A stretch of 63,872 bases of DNA, the filler included, from Choristocarpus tenellus KU-1152 (taxonomy: Eukaryota; Protista; Phaeophyceae): NCBI GenBank assembly GCA_964200185.2. It is 15 parts of 15 records of this genome, joined end to end, with 100 filler letters (N's around TTAATTAATTAA, not from the genome) between each part and the next. Parts side by side here need not be neighbours in the genome. Positions count along the whole stretch, not along the records: positions 35,410 to 39,787 come from CAXNAD020014831.1; positions 39,888 to 43,228 come from CAXNAD020020690.1; positions 43,329 to 48,716 come from CAXNAD020010952.1; 12 more parts are not named here. One strand, written 5' to 3'. Numbering within the stretch: the stretch's first letter is position 1; each line of letters opens with the position of its first letter. Below are positions 35,410-47,697 of this stretch, in pieces. Under the pieces are notes generated by a model that was not told the origin of the DNA, did not search any database, and was given only the letters and a program-made list of their open reading frames with translations. The position numbers and the translations under genes were made by a program.

Positions 35410-38198
35410 TGGCATATCCATAATTCCACCAAGCAGAGCCCTCAGTGAGTTTCACAATGCAAAGTCCCCACTTGGAAACGGCAAGGCAAACATTGTGGTG
35501 ACTCACATCATTCATGCAGCAAGGTACGCACTCAACATCTTGACTGATCTTTGATGCCGTGACATTTGAGTAATCACTGTTGCATCCAGTATAGTACTAC
35601 ACACATTACACATCGATGAATTAGGCTTAGGTTAGGGATAGAGATTTTCTCTATCCCATGCAATTAGGAAATTATTTGGCCAGGACCAAGCTCAAAATTT
35701 GCACCGAGTGTACAATATTGTATTCCTGTACATGGAGCAATTTTCTTCCCCTTCCAATCCTAGACCTGTGAAAAGTCACTCAACGGAGATGCATCATCAA
35801 GATCGTACTCCAAGTTGTATGATATGTACCTAGTGTAATTTGTAACTCCAGTTCTTGTGTATCAGTAAATCACTTCTTAGTCTGAATTTAGCACATGTTC
35901 AAGGTGTGACCGACTAGACTGGAAGCTGCCCCTATGTAATACTCTGAAGTAATCATTCGCAGAACATTTGTCAAATAGAGAACCTCAATTGCTTGTCCGA
36001 CACTGCTTTATGCTGCAGAATTTATGCAAGGAGAAAGGCACAGGAGCAAATCTGTGCAGAAAATGCTAAAATATTGGAGCAATTGGTAGGTTTGTTCACC
36101 ATTGGAAAATATGTAGGTACTGGCATACTGATAGAGGTACAGTATAATAGCTGCAAGGCATGATCTATACTGATATTCTCAGTAGTAGGTAATAACATTC
36201 CCTATGTTAATCAGGATGATCCAGGCTCAGGATGTTACTTAATTTCCCTCTGCTGTGTATCTGCAAACCTAGGTTCCTTTGTTCTGTTGATATATCATAT
36301 GCTTTCAAGGTGTACATTTGGACTAGACAACACATGTTTACACATAATATTTCAGGACTTCTAACAACAAATACAAGTTCCTCACTTCTACCAATGAAAG
36401 TGTAAGACGACTGTACCCAAATCATGAATCAATAATAAAAAAAAGCTGCAACAATCAGACAATAGGGACAGAGGAATTGCTTCCGAATAGACTAAGAATA
36501 ATTCCAGTCGTAGGGTGGCCTATATGTAACTTCACCTCAACATGGTGCATTTTCCACATCAGTTCTCCTGCCTCTTCAGACTAGACATCATTTTCATCGT
36601 TTTCTATCTCCACATCCACAATACAACGTATTTATATGCATGAACAGGTCAAGCCAAAGCCAACGGGGATTAACTTCCACCATTTCGAGATGGACTACCG
36701 TGAGAGTCGCGTCCACCACCGCCTTGCAAGGTGTGATCGTACAGTTGGGCATATTAACTCCTCAGCCACACCTAACCCTGCGGCACCAAGTTGCCCCCTA
36801 AGGCAGAACAAGGAGGGTCACAATCAAGATCGAAAACAAAGACCATCTAGACTTACCTTGCAAGAAGTGGTAATCGATCAGGTTCCACATTTGAGTGGTC
36901 ATGGACAGGTGCCTAATGTACCAATTGTGTCAGGGGTGTTAACTCCAGAAAGGGCACAATCTTTGGGGATAGGAGGTGAAAAGACAGGGAAGCTTGACTC
37001 TGCACGGGTCAGACTAAGGCCTTCTCCCAAGAGGCCACAGACAGGAAGACACGGGAGGCGATACCCAGTTGTCAAACGACCTTGGACAGCACAGGGTTTA
37101 CGGAGAGGGAATGACCACCAATTTCATCTTGATCCTTGTAGTGCAAGGCTCAGCTCAGCACTGTCCAGGGAATCTGGGTCCATAGATAATAGGAACCCCA
37201 ATTCCTCAGCTCAAGAAGTACAGAGGCCCTGGAGGGATTGCAGTGATGCTGGTTGGGTAGAGAGAGACAGGAGACCTGTGGGCCCTGGGCAGTTTGTCGG
37301 AGAGAGACTTACTAAGAGGTGTGGAAGAAACAATTTCAACAGAGAGGGCCTCTGTTTCAGCCGGACATTGCTGGCAGAAGCTGAGGTGCTTGTTAGAACT
37401 GGCATAGAGGAGAAAAAGCGAGTAAGCTTCCGTTGCTATAGTGTAGATGGGCTAATACGCCATCAGCAACAAGTAAGAAAAACATTACGGGGATTTTCAA
37501 TAGATGCAATCATCCCCACCCGTCAAGCAATGATGACTAGAAGGAAAGGAAATGCAAAATGCTCCCTGTCATCCTGCCACTCTTCAAAACAGGCAACTGC
37601 GACAATTAATGTCAAGGCGTTGCAGGACTTACTACTGCAGGAGACAAAATCTTCACAGGACAACAATGAACTAGGGCTTGTGGTGACTGACTCAATGAAG
37701 AGGGAGCAGGGAACAGGGATTATATTGCTAGATGCCCTGCAAAAGGCAGAACCTTTGGATGGCCTTGATAATTTTGCAGAGATTGGTACAATCTTAGGAG
37801 ACGAAGGACAGCGAGTTCTGTGCCAAACACTTCTCCAAAGTTGTAGGATTAGGGTTGAAACAAGCGGCTCCAGTAATAAGGATAGCATACAGCTCCATAT
37901 TGACACAGGAGGATCTTGTGGCAACAATTGTGTGACTCCTAAGAGTCAGGGCACTAGTGGAACTACCCCTAACCAAGGACCAGGATCTGGGCAACGGAAG
38001 AGGTGGCCTTCTGAGGATAAATCACGAGAGGAAGTGGACTTAGGAAGTTGTTCCAACATCAAAGATCAGCTGGAGAAGGAGGAGATAGACGGGGGGGAAG
38101 TAGACACTGAGAACAGACCGAAGACAAGGACTCAAGAGGGTGGGGAGGAAGGTAAAACATGTGAAACAGAGGAAGAGGATACGGACGAAGACTACTGA
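35410..38198 (+). CDS. Uncharacterised protein with a CFAP97/hemingway-like helix and a long disordered, acidic C-terminus (last 3 exons)
   Basis: Exons 35410-35523, 36019-36085 and 36648-38198, phases 2 then 0: ...ARIYARRKAQEQICAENAKILEQLVKPKPTGINFHHFEMDY, resembling the RKxExxRIxxENxxILxRLxxxKP motif. The terminal exon is 517 codons and open. Confidence 0.65.
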
Positions 38199-38547
38199 TC
38201 GACCTCTATCCCACTATATTGAGCATGCACAAGGACTGTCTTGTTTTGAGTGTAAAATTGCACCTATCAACTCTTGTAACTGAATAAATAAATCTTATGA
38301 AATATCCATAACCTAATAAATTTTGGGTCAGAGGAGGGCAACAAGGCATGTCAGTGAGCATCCCCGCTTCACAGATTTAATAACTCAACACTTTCACATG
38401 CAAAAATAGGTAAACCAACTTCAAACTAAATATCAGACAAGTGACAAAACTCCAGAACTCCACTAAGGAAAAACAGGCAGATCCTGCCCCTCAACAAACT
38501 CTCATTTAACCCTCACTGAGAGAATCAGGTACCATAGGAGCAACATT

Positions 38548-39787
38548 CTAATCAGACTTCTTATTCCGATAGCCCTCAACAATAGCCCTTTCCATGCGAA
38601 GCAGGCCTTCCATAAGCATGGACCTTGGGCAGCCAAAGTTGATCCGCACAAAGCCTTCCCCCAGGAAGGTTTTCCCATCTGTTATCCCCACCCCAGCACG
38701 CTCAAATTCTAGGCCTGGACTTTTCCACCTGCAAAGATAAATCACAATTACAAAATGAGGTAAGGGACACACCAAGAAAAGCAGCATCTGCACCAATGCC
38801 ATTGGAGGTATTTCAAGTATCTACAGAGTCATGTGCTGACTTCTGCGGCTGCCCCCCCCCCCTTACCTTATACCATTTCATTTCCCTCAACAAGCACATA
38901 ACTCACCCAAGCTCCTTGACATCAAGCCATGCCAGATACGTAGCCTGCATGGGGTCTATCTTGACCTCAGGGAGCCTTGCCTCCACAAAATGATAAAGGG
39001 CTTCACGATTACCACGTAGGTGCTCAATCAATGCCTTTAACCAAGGCCCGCCAGATTTATACGCTGCCTCACAGGCAGTGTAGCCAAGGGACGTGTTCTG
39101 AGTTACCCACCCCCTGCAACAAGAGCATTATAAAACATTAGCAGGATAAGAAGCAAGCGGTAGAAGGACATCCCATTGGGGAAAAGATTGAGTGTCTTGA
39201 GGGTACTCTAGCAGCTTGTCAAGGGTATGATGCTCTAGCACTAACATCAAGCTTCAACTTATCACTTGCACAAAGAAACTTGAAAAACTCCTAGGACAAA
39301 GGCATATTCTCAACCACAGTCAGAATGCTACAAAGAGCAACATACAGTCGACATAAACATTGGGTTTGACATCCAGATAAAGTTGCTATGGAGATCAAGT
39401 TCTTCAAGAGCTAACTGCTGTCCACAAGGTCACATGTACTACTTTGATGCAGTTGCTAGTAATTCACATATCAGCCCTATCTTTTCACACCCATAAATAC
39501 TCTATATATGCTCAATATATATTCTATATATACTCTGCAGCACATTCAAAGTGAGTTAGAATGACAATCTGCTACTGCATGGAACAAGCAATGCGTATAG
39601 TGAACAATAGACAGACTTAGCAGATTCACACTTCCAACAGCGGCAGCTTGCCTGCAGGCATTTGTGAAAGCCAGACGAATCTCCTTGCTGGGGATGACAG
39701 CGTATGAGCAGCCAAGGCCAGGAGCATTGTAGGTCTTGCTTGGGGCATTCAAGAGTATTGTGCGGTCTGCAAAGCGCTGCATCCCAC
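38548..39787 (-). CDS. PLP-dependent C-S lyase / aminotransferase class I-II, PatB/MalY (cystathionine beta-lyase) type; last 3 exons
   Basis: Exons 39787-39652, 39113-38907 and 38728-38548: APSKTYNAPGLGCS (PLP lysine), LGYTACEAAY..GGPWL, QATYLAWLD, GFVRINFGCPRSML. The first intron needs a GC donor. Confidence 0.9.
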
Positions 39788-42499
39788 NNNNNNNNNNNNN
39801 NNNNNNNNNNNNNNNNNNNNNNNNNNNNNNNTTAATTAATTAANNNNNNNNNNNNNNNNNNNNNNNNNNNNNNNNNNNNNNNNNNNNCCCCCCCAAAAAA
39901 AAAAAAACCCAACCCCATACAATTTTTTTGTTTCTGAAAAGGTATTTGGGTAATCATGTGAGATACAGAGATTGAGGAGGAGAGGTAGAGGTTGTGTAAT
40001 TTCATGAAGGGTGGGATGTATCTCGAACAGTTGAATTAGTTGGTATTTGGGGGTAATCACAGTGACACACCAGTGTATGTTTTATTGCATGGTGCCAACA
40101 GGGTGCTGTTCACACTGGAAAACAATTACCAAGTACAAGCATAGTGGCACTGTATCTGGGAAATTTTTAGTGCATACATTGTTGATTATTCTGTTATGAG
40201 ATGCAACTAGAATGAATAGTGCTGATTGGTTGATTCCGCATCCGAAAAAAAAAAACTAAACTTTTTGAAAAGTGCATGTTATGTCATATTCTGTTGGTTC
40301 TGTCATCACCCTCCCTCCCCTTTGGTCCTAATACTATTGTTGTCCCTAGTAACACTATCCCTAACCCTATATATCATATATCATATCTCATATCTCATAT
40401 CTCATTGGAGTTATTTATTTATTTCAGCGTGTATGAGAAGGAAATCACAGGGCAGCATCATAATCTTTGTGTGGATTTTGAATTTGAATTTGTCAAGAGG
40501 ATGTATGTGTGTGTGTGTGTGGTTACAATCCGCCCTGTTTTCCATTACTTACTGCCTCCATTCACTATTTTTGTTGTTCATTTCCTATCAGAACACTTTT
40601 GGGGTGGGTAGATAGATATGAGTCTAGCAGTTCTTATGGTAGCTATGGTAGCTACATGTAGACCTCTGCGCCTCAAAGCATGTATTGATTTGACTATCCT
40701 GTTTAGGGTGATACAATTGGTGTATTATATGCCTTCAAAGTTCACCTTGAAGGACTTATGACAACAGGATTTTGCATCTCCATTTTTTTGTTTTTTCAAG
40801 ACTGTAACTACATCATATGTCATGTATCATATATCATGTATCATATATCGCGAATCATGTATCCTTTATCATATGTCATGTAGCACTTATCACATATCAT
40901 GTATAATGTATCATACTGTAGTTGTGTGTGTGTACATGCCATCTTCATGCGTTTTGATAATGGCACTATTCAGCTGTTCCATTATATCAATCCCAGTAGG
41001 TGCACTTATCCTCGCAGACCCTAGGCACGGTTGCAAGGCTTATTACAGTGAAAAGGTGGAAATGGGGGAGGGGGAGGGGGGGGAGAAGAGAAACGATTCT
41101 GTTGTGCTGTTATGTGGTTCCTATTCTTGAGTTCTAGTGATTTGATCGCTGTCCTTACTTCAATGTTAAAAAATAAAATATAATATAAGGTGTCAGAGAG
41201 AAACACTTGGCCAAAGGTGGAGATGATTCGATGCCACTGTGCTGTAGAGATGATGCTGGAGCATTGTGTCCAGTCTCTACGGAAGCAGCTGGCCAGTGAG
41301 AACCAGGTGCCTCATCGATTTTGATTTGTCAATTTTGATTTGTCAATGGAGGGGGGAAGTCTCAGGGATCGTTCTGATTGGGTTTTTTTGGGGGGGGGGT
41401 TCAAAGGTTTTGAGTGATGGATCTTGGTGTCTAAACTTTGGCGAGAGCTGTTTTTCAGGAGGACATTAATATTCCTGGATATTGTGTGATCGTACATGTG
41501 CTTCTGTTGCTAAATAGCCCTAACCCTTGGCATATTGGGTTGCGTGCTTCAACTAGGAACTCTCCCACCCTGTTCTTTTTCTGCATGGAAACCACCTGTC
41601 AAGGTTCAATAAATTTCCCTGTGATTAATGTGGAGTATAGTATAGTATAGTAGGATAGGGTGATGGATATTTGAACAGGCTTGCATGGATTGTTTTAATA
41701 ATCGAGGCAGCTTGGTTAGTGTTAGGGTTAGGGTTGCAAAAGGGTTTCACCATGATTGGACACAAACCAAGACAGACTAGGATGGACTGTTACTGTTAGT
41801 ACAAGGTAAGGTTGGACAAGGACCAGTGTGTCTAAGACTAGGATCATTACCCAGGTGAATATGTGAGTGGTAGGGCCAGGAGGTAAAGGTAGACTGACAG
41901 AGGCTCCAAGAGATGATCAAGAGATGATCCCCATGAAGAATGACCTAGTGAATAGATAGATCTAGCTGGAATCAAGAGCTCTGGAGGTATGGTATTTGGG
42001 ATCCGAAGTAATTGTTCAAAATTGGTATGATGATGACCGGCTTGGCAGTGAATGGTATGACGGGGGGGGGACACATCACCCACCCCCACCATTGGAAAGG
42101 CGTCAATCCACAAGAAGAAAAATTGTAGAAAAAAAAAAAGGAGATTGAATCGCCCTGAAGTTGTATGATGTCATCGTCCATAGAAGAGTGAACTTGAACC
42201 TTGTGTAGGTTAGTGAGAATGAGGTTGGGGTATTAGACGGGGATGATGTTGACCACGTTACATATATGAAACAAATCTTAGCACTTCGCCAATAGAAACT
42301 GGACGAATTGCAAGACACTTCAACTTGATGAAGTAAGACTTTGTCTCAGAGTTGATCGGTAAAATTAAATAAAACTATTGATTCGAGGAGGCGTGCATCA
42401 ACTCCGGAACTACAGACTACGCCAAGGATGACGATGCTTAGTATACATGAGATGCCAAAACAAGGCAAAGATCATTGTAAGTTGACCAATCCGTCTGAT

Positions 42500-42962
42500 A
42501 TAGGAAAGGCTGCACTCACTGGTGATACTGCGATGGGAATGTTGTGCTTTTCCAACAAGATGGACAGACTATGCCAGAAGGCACGGACGCGTTTTGGAGC
42601 ACTAGTTGGTTCACCAGTCAAGGCTATCCATGAGCAGGAGTTAATGAGATCTTTGTTTAAGTGTCACATCACGTCTGTTATGTAGCATTTTCCTCCACGA
42701 TAGTTTGTCATTGTGTACAAAGATTCGCATGGTTGTGGTCAAGAGGTATTGGGATTGACTTTGACCACAAATAGTACTCTCTCATCTGGTCAAACATTTT
42801 TATTAACCTGTGTAGCCTCCAGATAATGCATGATCTTAGCAACCATGTAGTTAAAGATGTAGTTAAATGTAGTTAAATGTAGTTAAATAGTTAAATATGA
42901 AAACCGATGGGTCAGGAACAACCAACTGACCTCTAAGCACCCCCCCCTTACGAATATGGCCT
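42500..42962 (+). mobile_element. Possible hAT transposase C-terminal remnant and terminus
   Basis: LCQKARTRFGAL resembles the hAT dimerisation motif. It is followed by (ATGTAGTTAA)n and an end reading CAGGCC on the minus strand. Very degenerate. Confidence 0.3.
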
Positions 42963-43016
42963 GACACATATGAAAGTACAACAGACCATTATGAAAAAAC
43001 AATTGACGTAGAGAGC

Positions 43017-43165
43017 CAAAGTATCTGGGGGGGGGGGGGTGGCGACTGTTCATTTGGGGCCAAATTTTTCATGTTGTGATTATTGGGTGATTTGGTTGCA
43101 TACGTAGGATGGATAATGTTTGTGCACTTTTTCTGGTTTTGGCCCAAAATGGACACTCTGGTGTA

Positions 43166-43198
<33 letters not shown>

Positions 43199-43200
43199 CC
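43017..43200. mobile_element. MITE family A, inverted copy
   Basis: AGC|CAAAGTATCT-G-run...; reverse-complement homolog of 1975-2117, running into a C-run at the contig end. Confidence 0.85.
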
Positions 43201-43331
43201 CTGGGGGGCGCGCAGGGGGGGAGGTGAGNNNNNNNNNNNNNNNNNNNNNNNNNNNNNNNNNNNNNNNNNNNNTTAATTAATTAANNNNNNNNNNNNNNNN
43301 NNNNNNNNNNNNNNNNNNNNNNNNNNNNTAT

Positions 43332-43419
43332 ATGATCACAATGACGACAAATTACTATCCCTATGTATTCGCAGACAGTGAGGACCATACATAGCGCTAT
43401 CCATTTCTGGAGTGATCAT
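43332..43419 (+). ncRNA. Candidate box C/D snoRNA (copy 1), in an RPS24 intron
   Basis: 8-bp terminal stem ATGATCAC/GTGATCAT; C-like ATGACGA, D'-like CAGA, C'-like GTGAGGA. Guide AGCGCTATCCATTT is complementary (one G-U) to conserved LSU rRNA AAAUGGAUGGCGCU. Confidence 0.7.
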
Positions 43420-43489
43420 GTGCTGTTGGAATGCAATTATGTGTAGTGAGTGGGTAGTGTATGTTACCATATTGGATGGAGAGGACTAC

Positions 43490-43577
43490 ATGATCACAAT
43501 GACGACAAATTACTATCCCTATGTATTCGCAGACAGTGAGGATCATACATAGCGCTATCCATTTCTGGAGTGATCAT
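43490..43577 (+). ncRNA. Candidate box C/D snoRNA (copy 2)
   Basis: Identical to 43332-43419 except for one base, while the flanks differ. Confidence 0.7.
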
Positions 43578-43905
43578 TGCCCGTGAATTTAAGAATAAGT
43601 CCATTAAGTGTTCAGCTTGTAGCAGAGGCTGTTTGTTGAAATCACAGTGGTGTCTGTTCCAATTGAATGTTGGTGGAAAAGTGATTTTATAGTCAGCACT
43701 AGTGATTGAAGGGCTGATGGTTCTATTAGGACATAGTTGTGTTATTTTTTTGTTGGGCAACGATTTTTGTTGTCTGTGATAACACCTGGTACGTTGTGCT
43801 TTAGCTGGTGTATTGTGAAGATAGAGTGTGAAAAGGTGTGTGCTAATTGTAGTTACAGGCTGTGATGATCGCATCAAAGAAGATAGTGTCGTATGGTGGT
43901 TTTTT

Positions 43906-43980
43906 GACCGGTCACAATGATAACAATCTAAGATCTTACAGAAGAAGTTGATGATTTGTACACCTTGAGTGGTTACTGTC
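43906..43980 (+). ncRNA. Degenerate paralog of the 44122-44210 C/D snoRNA candidate
   Basis: Same terminal stem and GAAGAAGTTGATGAT core; C box ATGATAA, D box TTGA, shorter guide region. Confidence 0.4.
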
Positions 43981-44121
43981 TTGTGCGTTGATGCTATACT
44001 GATTATTGTGTTTACTTTAATAGGAGGATATGTAAGAGTTGGAATATGTGCATGTTGGTTCGTTCTGGTTGGAGGCTGTGATGGTTGCATGAAATGGAAT
44101 AGTTCAATGCGCTGGCATTTG

Positions 44122-44210
44122 GACAGGCCACAATGATGATCAATGAACGATCTTATCGAAGAAGTTGATGATCTTAAGTTCTTTCTGCCTGGGTCTGAGT
44201 GGTTACTGTC
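44122..44210 (+). ncRNA. Candidate box C/D snoRNA (second family)
   Basis: Canonical C box ATGATGA (44133-44139), C' TTGATGA, D box CTGA (44195-44198), terminal stem GACAG-GCCAC / GTGGT-TA-CTGTC. Confidence 0.65.
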
Positions 44211-44576
44211 ATGCTACCTTGATGCTCTCATAATTCTTGAATTTGTTGAAGACAGAATTGTACTGCTTTTCATTTGCTTTTGCAAGTATTATGGTAAGTG
44301 CGCCTTTTAGCTCTTAGGGTTGGGTTTTTGTGGTGCATTTGTGATGTTATGTGATTGACCAGAGTTTTTTCTGTTCTATTTTTAGTTCCTATGAAACTGA
44401 ATATGATGCTAGACTTCCTCTCAGGTTGTGTTAACTAATAGATAACATTCATACGCATTTGTAGTTTTTGACTAACCCTTCTTGATGGTAAACATTCCTG
44501 GTGGTGAAGAATTAGTATTCTTCATCAATGGACTAATGTGTGTGTGGTTGGAATGAATGAACTCTCACATGAGCAG

Positions 44577-45842
44577 AAGTTCAAGGTGTCGGATGCCACA
44601 ACAGTGTTCCTCTTTGGCTTCCGGACCCACTTTGGAGGGGGTAAGAGCACCGGCTTCTGCCTTATCTATGACACCCTGGAGGATGCAAAGAAGTATGAAC
44701 CCAAGTACCGCCTTGCCCGACAGGGTCTACAGGTGGGAAGGGGGGTAGTTGATTCAAAATGGGAATAGTTTAGGGATGCATTTTTGTGTGTGTATGAAAT
44801 GGGGTACCTTAAAGTGTACCTTATTTTGAGGTATGAGAGTCCAACTAATTAATAAGTGTACTCTTTTCTGAACTATGCACTTGAATTGGTGATACAAAGA
44901 GTGAGTGAAACAGATGTATTGGTGGGAGTAGAGTGCAGACTGTAGTACAGAAATTCTTGTTTGTGGGTTTTTAGTTACGGACAAATATGTGGTACACCTT
45001 ATCTCTGTTCTTGTGGTCCCTTTGTTTTCCTGGATTCCGAATTGCATACTGGCTTTTTGTAGACACAATATACTATAAAAGCGGTCAACACTGAAAACAA
45101 GTGAAATAATTTTCTGGGATAATATTCCACTACATATTATCTTGATACATGTTGTCCATTGTGCGAGCATATTTATTGGTAGAGTGTGGAGTTTCTTGGT
45201 GTGAGAGTAAGATTGGGCAAGTGCATAGATGTGATCATCTTCATCCTTCTTGCTCAACAATGTACATTTGATATTGTATACGTGACACACTCTAGACCTT
45301 CGTGCTGATTTTCTAGTCTCAATTCGAAGATGGTCTTCAGTGCACAGGGAACAGCTCCAGGGCCTGTCATGTATTGCTGCAGGGTTTTGGTTTAATGAGT
45401 TCAAAGTCTTGGCCTGTAGAGTGGGATTTCTAACCGATATTTTGAAGCATGAAAAAACATTGAAAAGTGAAAATTTCAATATATGGTTTGCAAGGTAGGC
45501 GCTGTGTTGTGTCCACATCTTTTATACATGTAACTGTGATATATAGTTGCGTTGCAAGGTTTATCAGGGCGGTATTTGTTTGAATTCTCTTTTTTCTTCT
45601 TTGTTTTATCAATGGGAAAGATGCTCCAGGTTTTGCTTTATTGGTGTTGAAAAATTCCAAATTTCCGTTCATTTATCATTCCGTTAACTGTGTGTGTGTG
45701 TTATTTTTTGCAACTGTTATAACTGTAGGACAAGAAGGAGACTTCGCGTAAGCAGATCAAGGAGGCCAAGAATAGGGCCAAGAAGATCCGTGGTACTGGG
45801 CGTCGTATTGCCAAGCACAAGGCAAAGAAGGCTGCCAAGTAG
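44577..45842 (+). CDS. RPS24: 40S ribosomal protein S24 (eS24), last two exons
   Basis: Exons 44577-44732 ([52 protein letters not shown]) and 45729-45842 ([37 protein letters not shown]); GT-AG, phase 0. Confidence 0.96.
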
Positions 45843-46479
45843 ACCGCTTAGACCTCTGTTCCCCAACCTTGCTTTCTGCGATCACTCACTGTGGCAGTAG
45901 ATGGATAGTGTTGATTGTGTACAAGGGCCTGCTGATCTTCCCTTGCAGTCCTGCTGATGGTTACGTACTGCCTCTCACTTTCCAATATTAAAATAAAACA
46001 GAAAAAGCAATTGTTGGTGAGAAGGGGCGTAAGGGTGAAGTGGAGTCAATGTGAACTGCAAGTGCCCTGTCCTTCATCCTCTCTTACTGTTTCTTTTTTT
46101 ATCAGCTGGTTTTGTGTTTCTTGCGCTGACTTGGTGTGTAACCTTACTGCAACAACAGAAATTTCCGAATTTTGGTCTCTGCCATTGTTAGACATAACAA
46201 TGAAGCATCCTATCTCAAAGTTCAACGCAAGGTAAGTAAGTTGGGACTAACAACATTTTTGGTTGTGGAGGAAGGATGGGTTAGCAAAGTGTCAACGTTG
46301 GGTGTGCGTGTTTCATGCTCGGGAATCACTAGGTTTGATCTTTTGGGGGAAATTATTAACAAGTAATTCGGGAATTTGTGGTTGTCTCTACTCTTTAGTT
46401 TGGAATTTGGAGACTGTGATGTATGCATATTATCAACATCTTTTGTTTGCTTATCAGTCAAAGTATCATAAAGGGTAGA

Positions 46480-47216
46480 CCTGCGTCCATCTGGTAGTCA
46501 ATATCAATGGTACCTCGGACACAATTACGGGATGATTGTCTTGCTGCAACTCACTCTGTCGGTGGCCAAATGCTGATGCTCCCGTCCCACCAAGTTCCAT
46601 CCTCCAAAACATGGGGGCATGCGTTTGCATTGAGAAATATCACTTTTGGAATGCATTACTTGTTTGTGACACTTAGGTAATGCCTCCCCAGGCTTGATGT
46701 AAACCCTTGAAACCAGGTCAAACCATTTTTCATCAAGGTGGACACGGCCAAACAGTGGCTCAAACATGTGCCCCGTACCCTTTTCCAGGATACTGCTCAT
46801 GACAAAGGCCACCCTATCCACCTTGTGTTGATCGGAGAGGAAGGGCTTGATGACTCTTCGATATGGTTTGACCTCCATCTCCTCGATATACCTCCTCATC
46901 TTCCCTAGGGATACGTTGGCCTTCGTAGCCCATCTACTCTGACTGGTCCATTCCAACACATGGACTGCTTTAATGGTATCAATATCCTCTTCGTTGTCCA
47001 TTGCGACCAGAGGCTAAACCCATGCCCTCCCCCATTATCGCAGCTCCATGATGCCACCCTCACCAACCGAGCCAACTTTGTTGTTACCATTCCGTAATTC
47101 TGACCAATTTGCGATCGGGTGCCTCGTTGGACCCTGCCACAGGTCTTGCACAGCTGAAAGTACTTTCTGACGTCAGCTTGCCGCTTGTACATGGAGGTGT
47201 CTTTCGCCTTTCCCAT
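46480..47216 (-). mobile_element. Tc1/mariner DD39D (plant-type mariner) transposase remnant
   Basis: IKPFLSDQHKVDRVAF, RVHLDEKWF, then after a frameshift IPKVIFL and DGSISIWP; truncated. Confidence 0.82.
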
Positions 47217-47697
47217 TGTGCAAAGTATGGTGTTGATTGGTTAAAAGCCAATCTAGAGAATTTGAAATCCTGATATGTTGCAATCACCCTTCTCAATAGG
47301 AAGGCAACCAAAAGTACCTGCACGAGTTCACGGTTTAAGCCTCAATTTTCACGCCCTGCTGCAAGGTGCTCTACCTTCAACGGCACCATCCTTGAGATTG
47401 GCAAAACCTCCGACATTGCTAAGGGGCTTGTTCAAAAGCTCATAATTTGACCATTAACATGTGTATCACCAAACAATAATTTAGGACACACCCGAGGCGG
47501 GTGTCATGAGCCCAAAAACATAGGTGTTTAATCAAGCCAAACAGAGGGAGTAGCTTTATTTGATATGCCAACTACCCAAGCAAACAACCTCTAGTGATAA
47601 TGGTTGATTTATATACTATTTCTGATACTTCCTCCGTTCAGAATTAAATGTGACATAAATTTTGCAAGCTCCATTCTCGCCTGGGAACAACCCAACT

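Noticed and set aside
43579-43600. Resemblance to the 28S rRNA 5' end (CCCG-TGAATTTAAG)
   Set aside because: Only about 15 nt with mismatches and no further rRNA sequence.
44754-45518. 254-aa minus-strand ORF (and 198-aa ORF at 43494-44090)
   Set aside because: Antisense to RPS24 introns, with no recognisable motifs.
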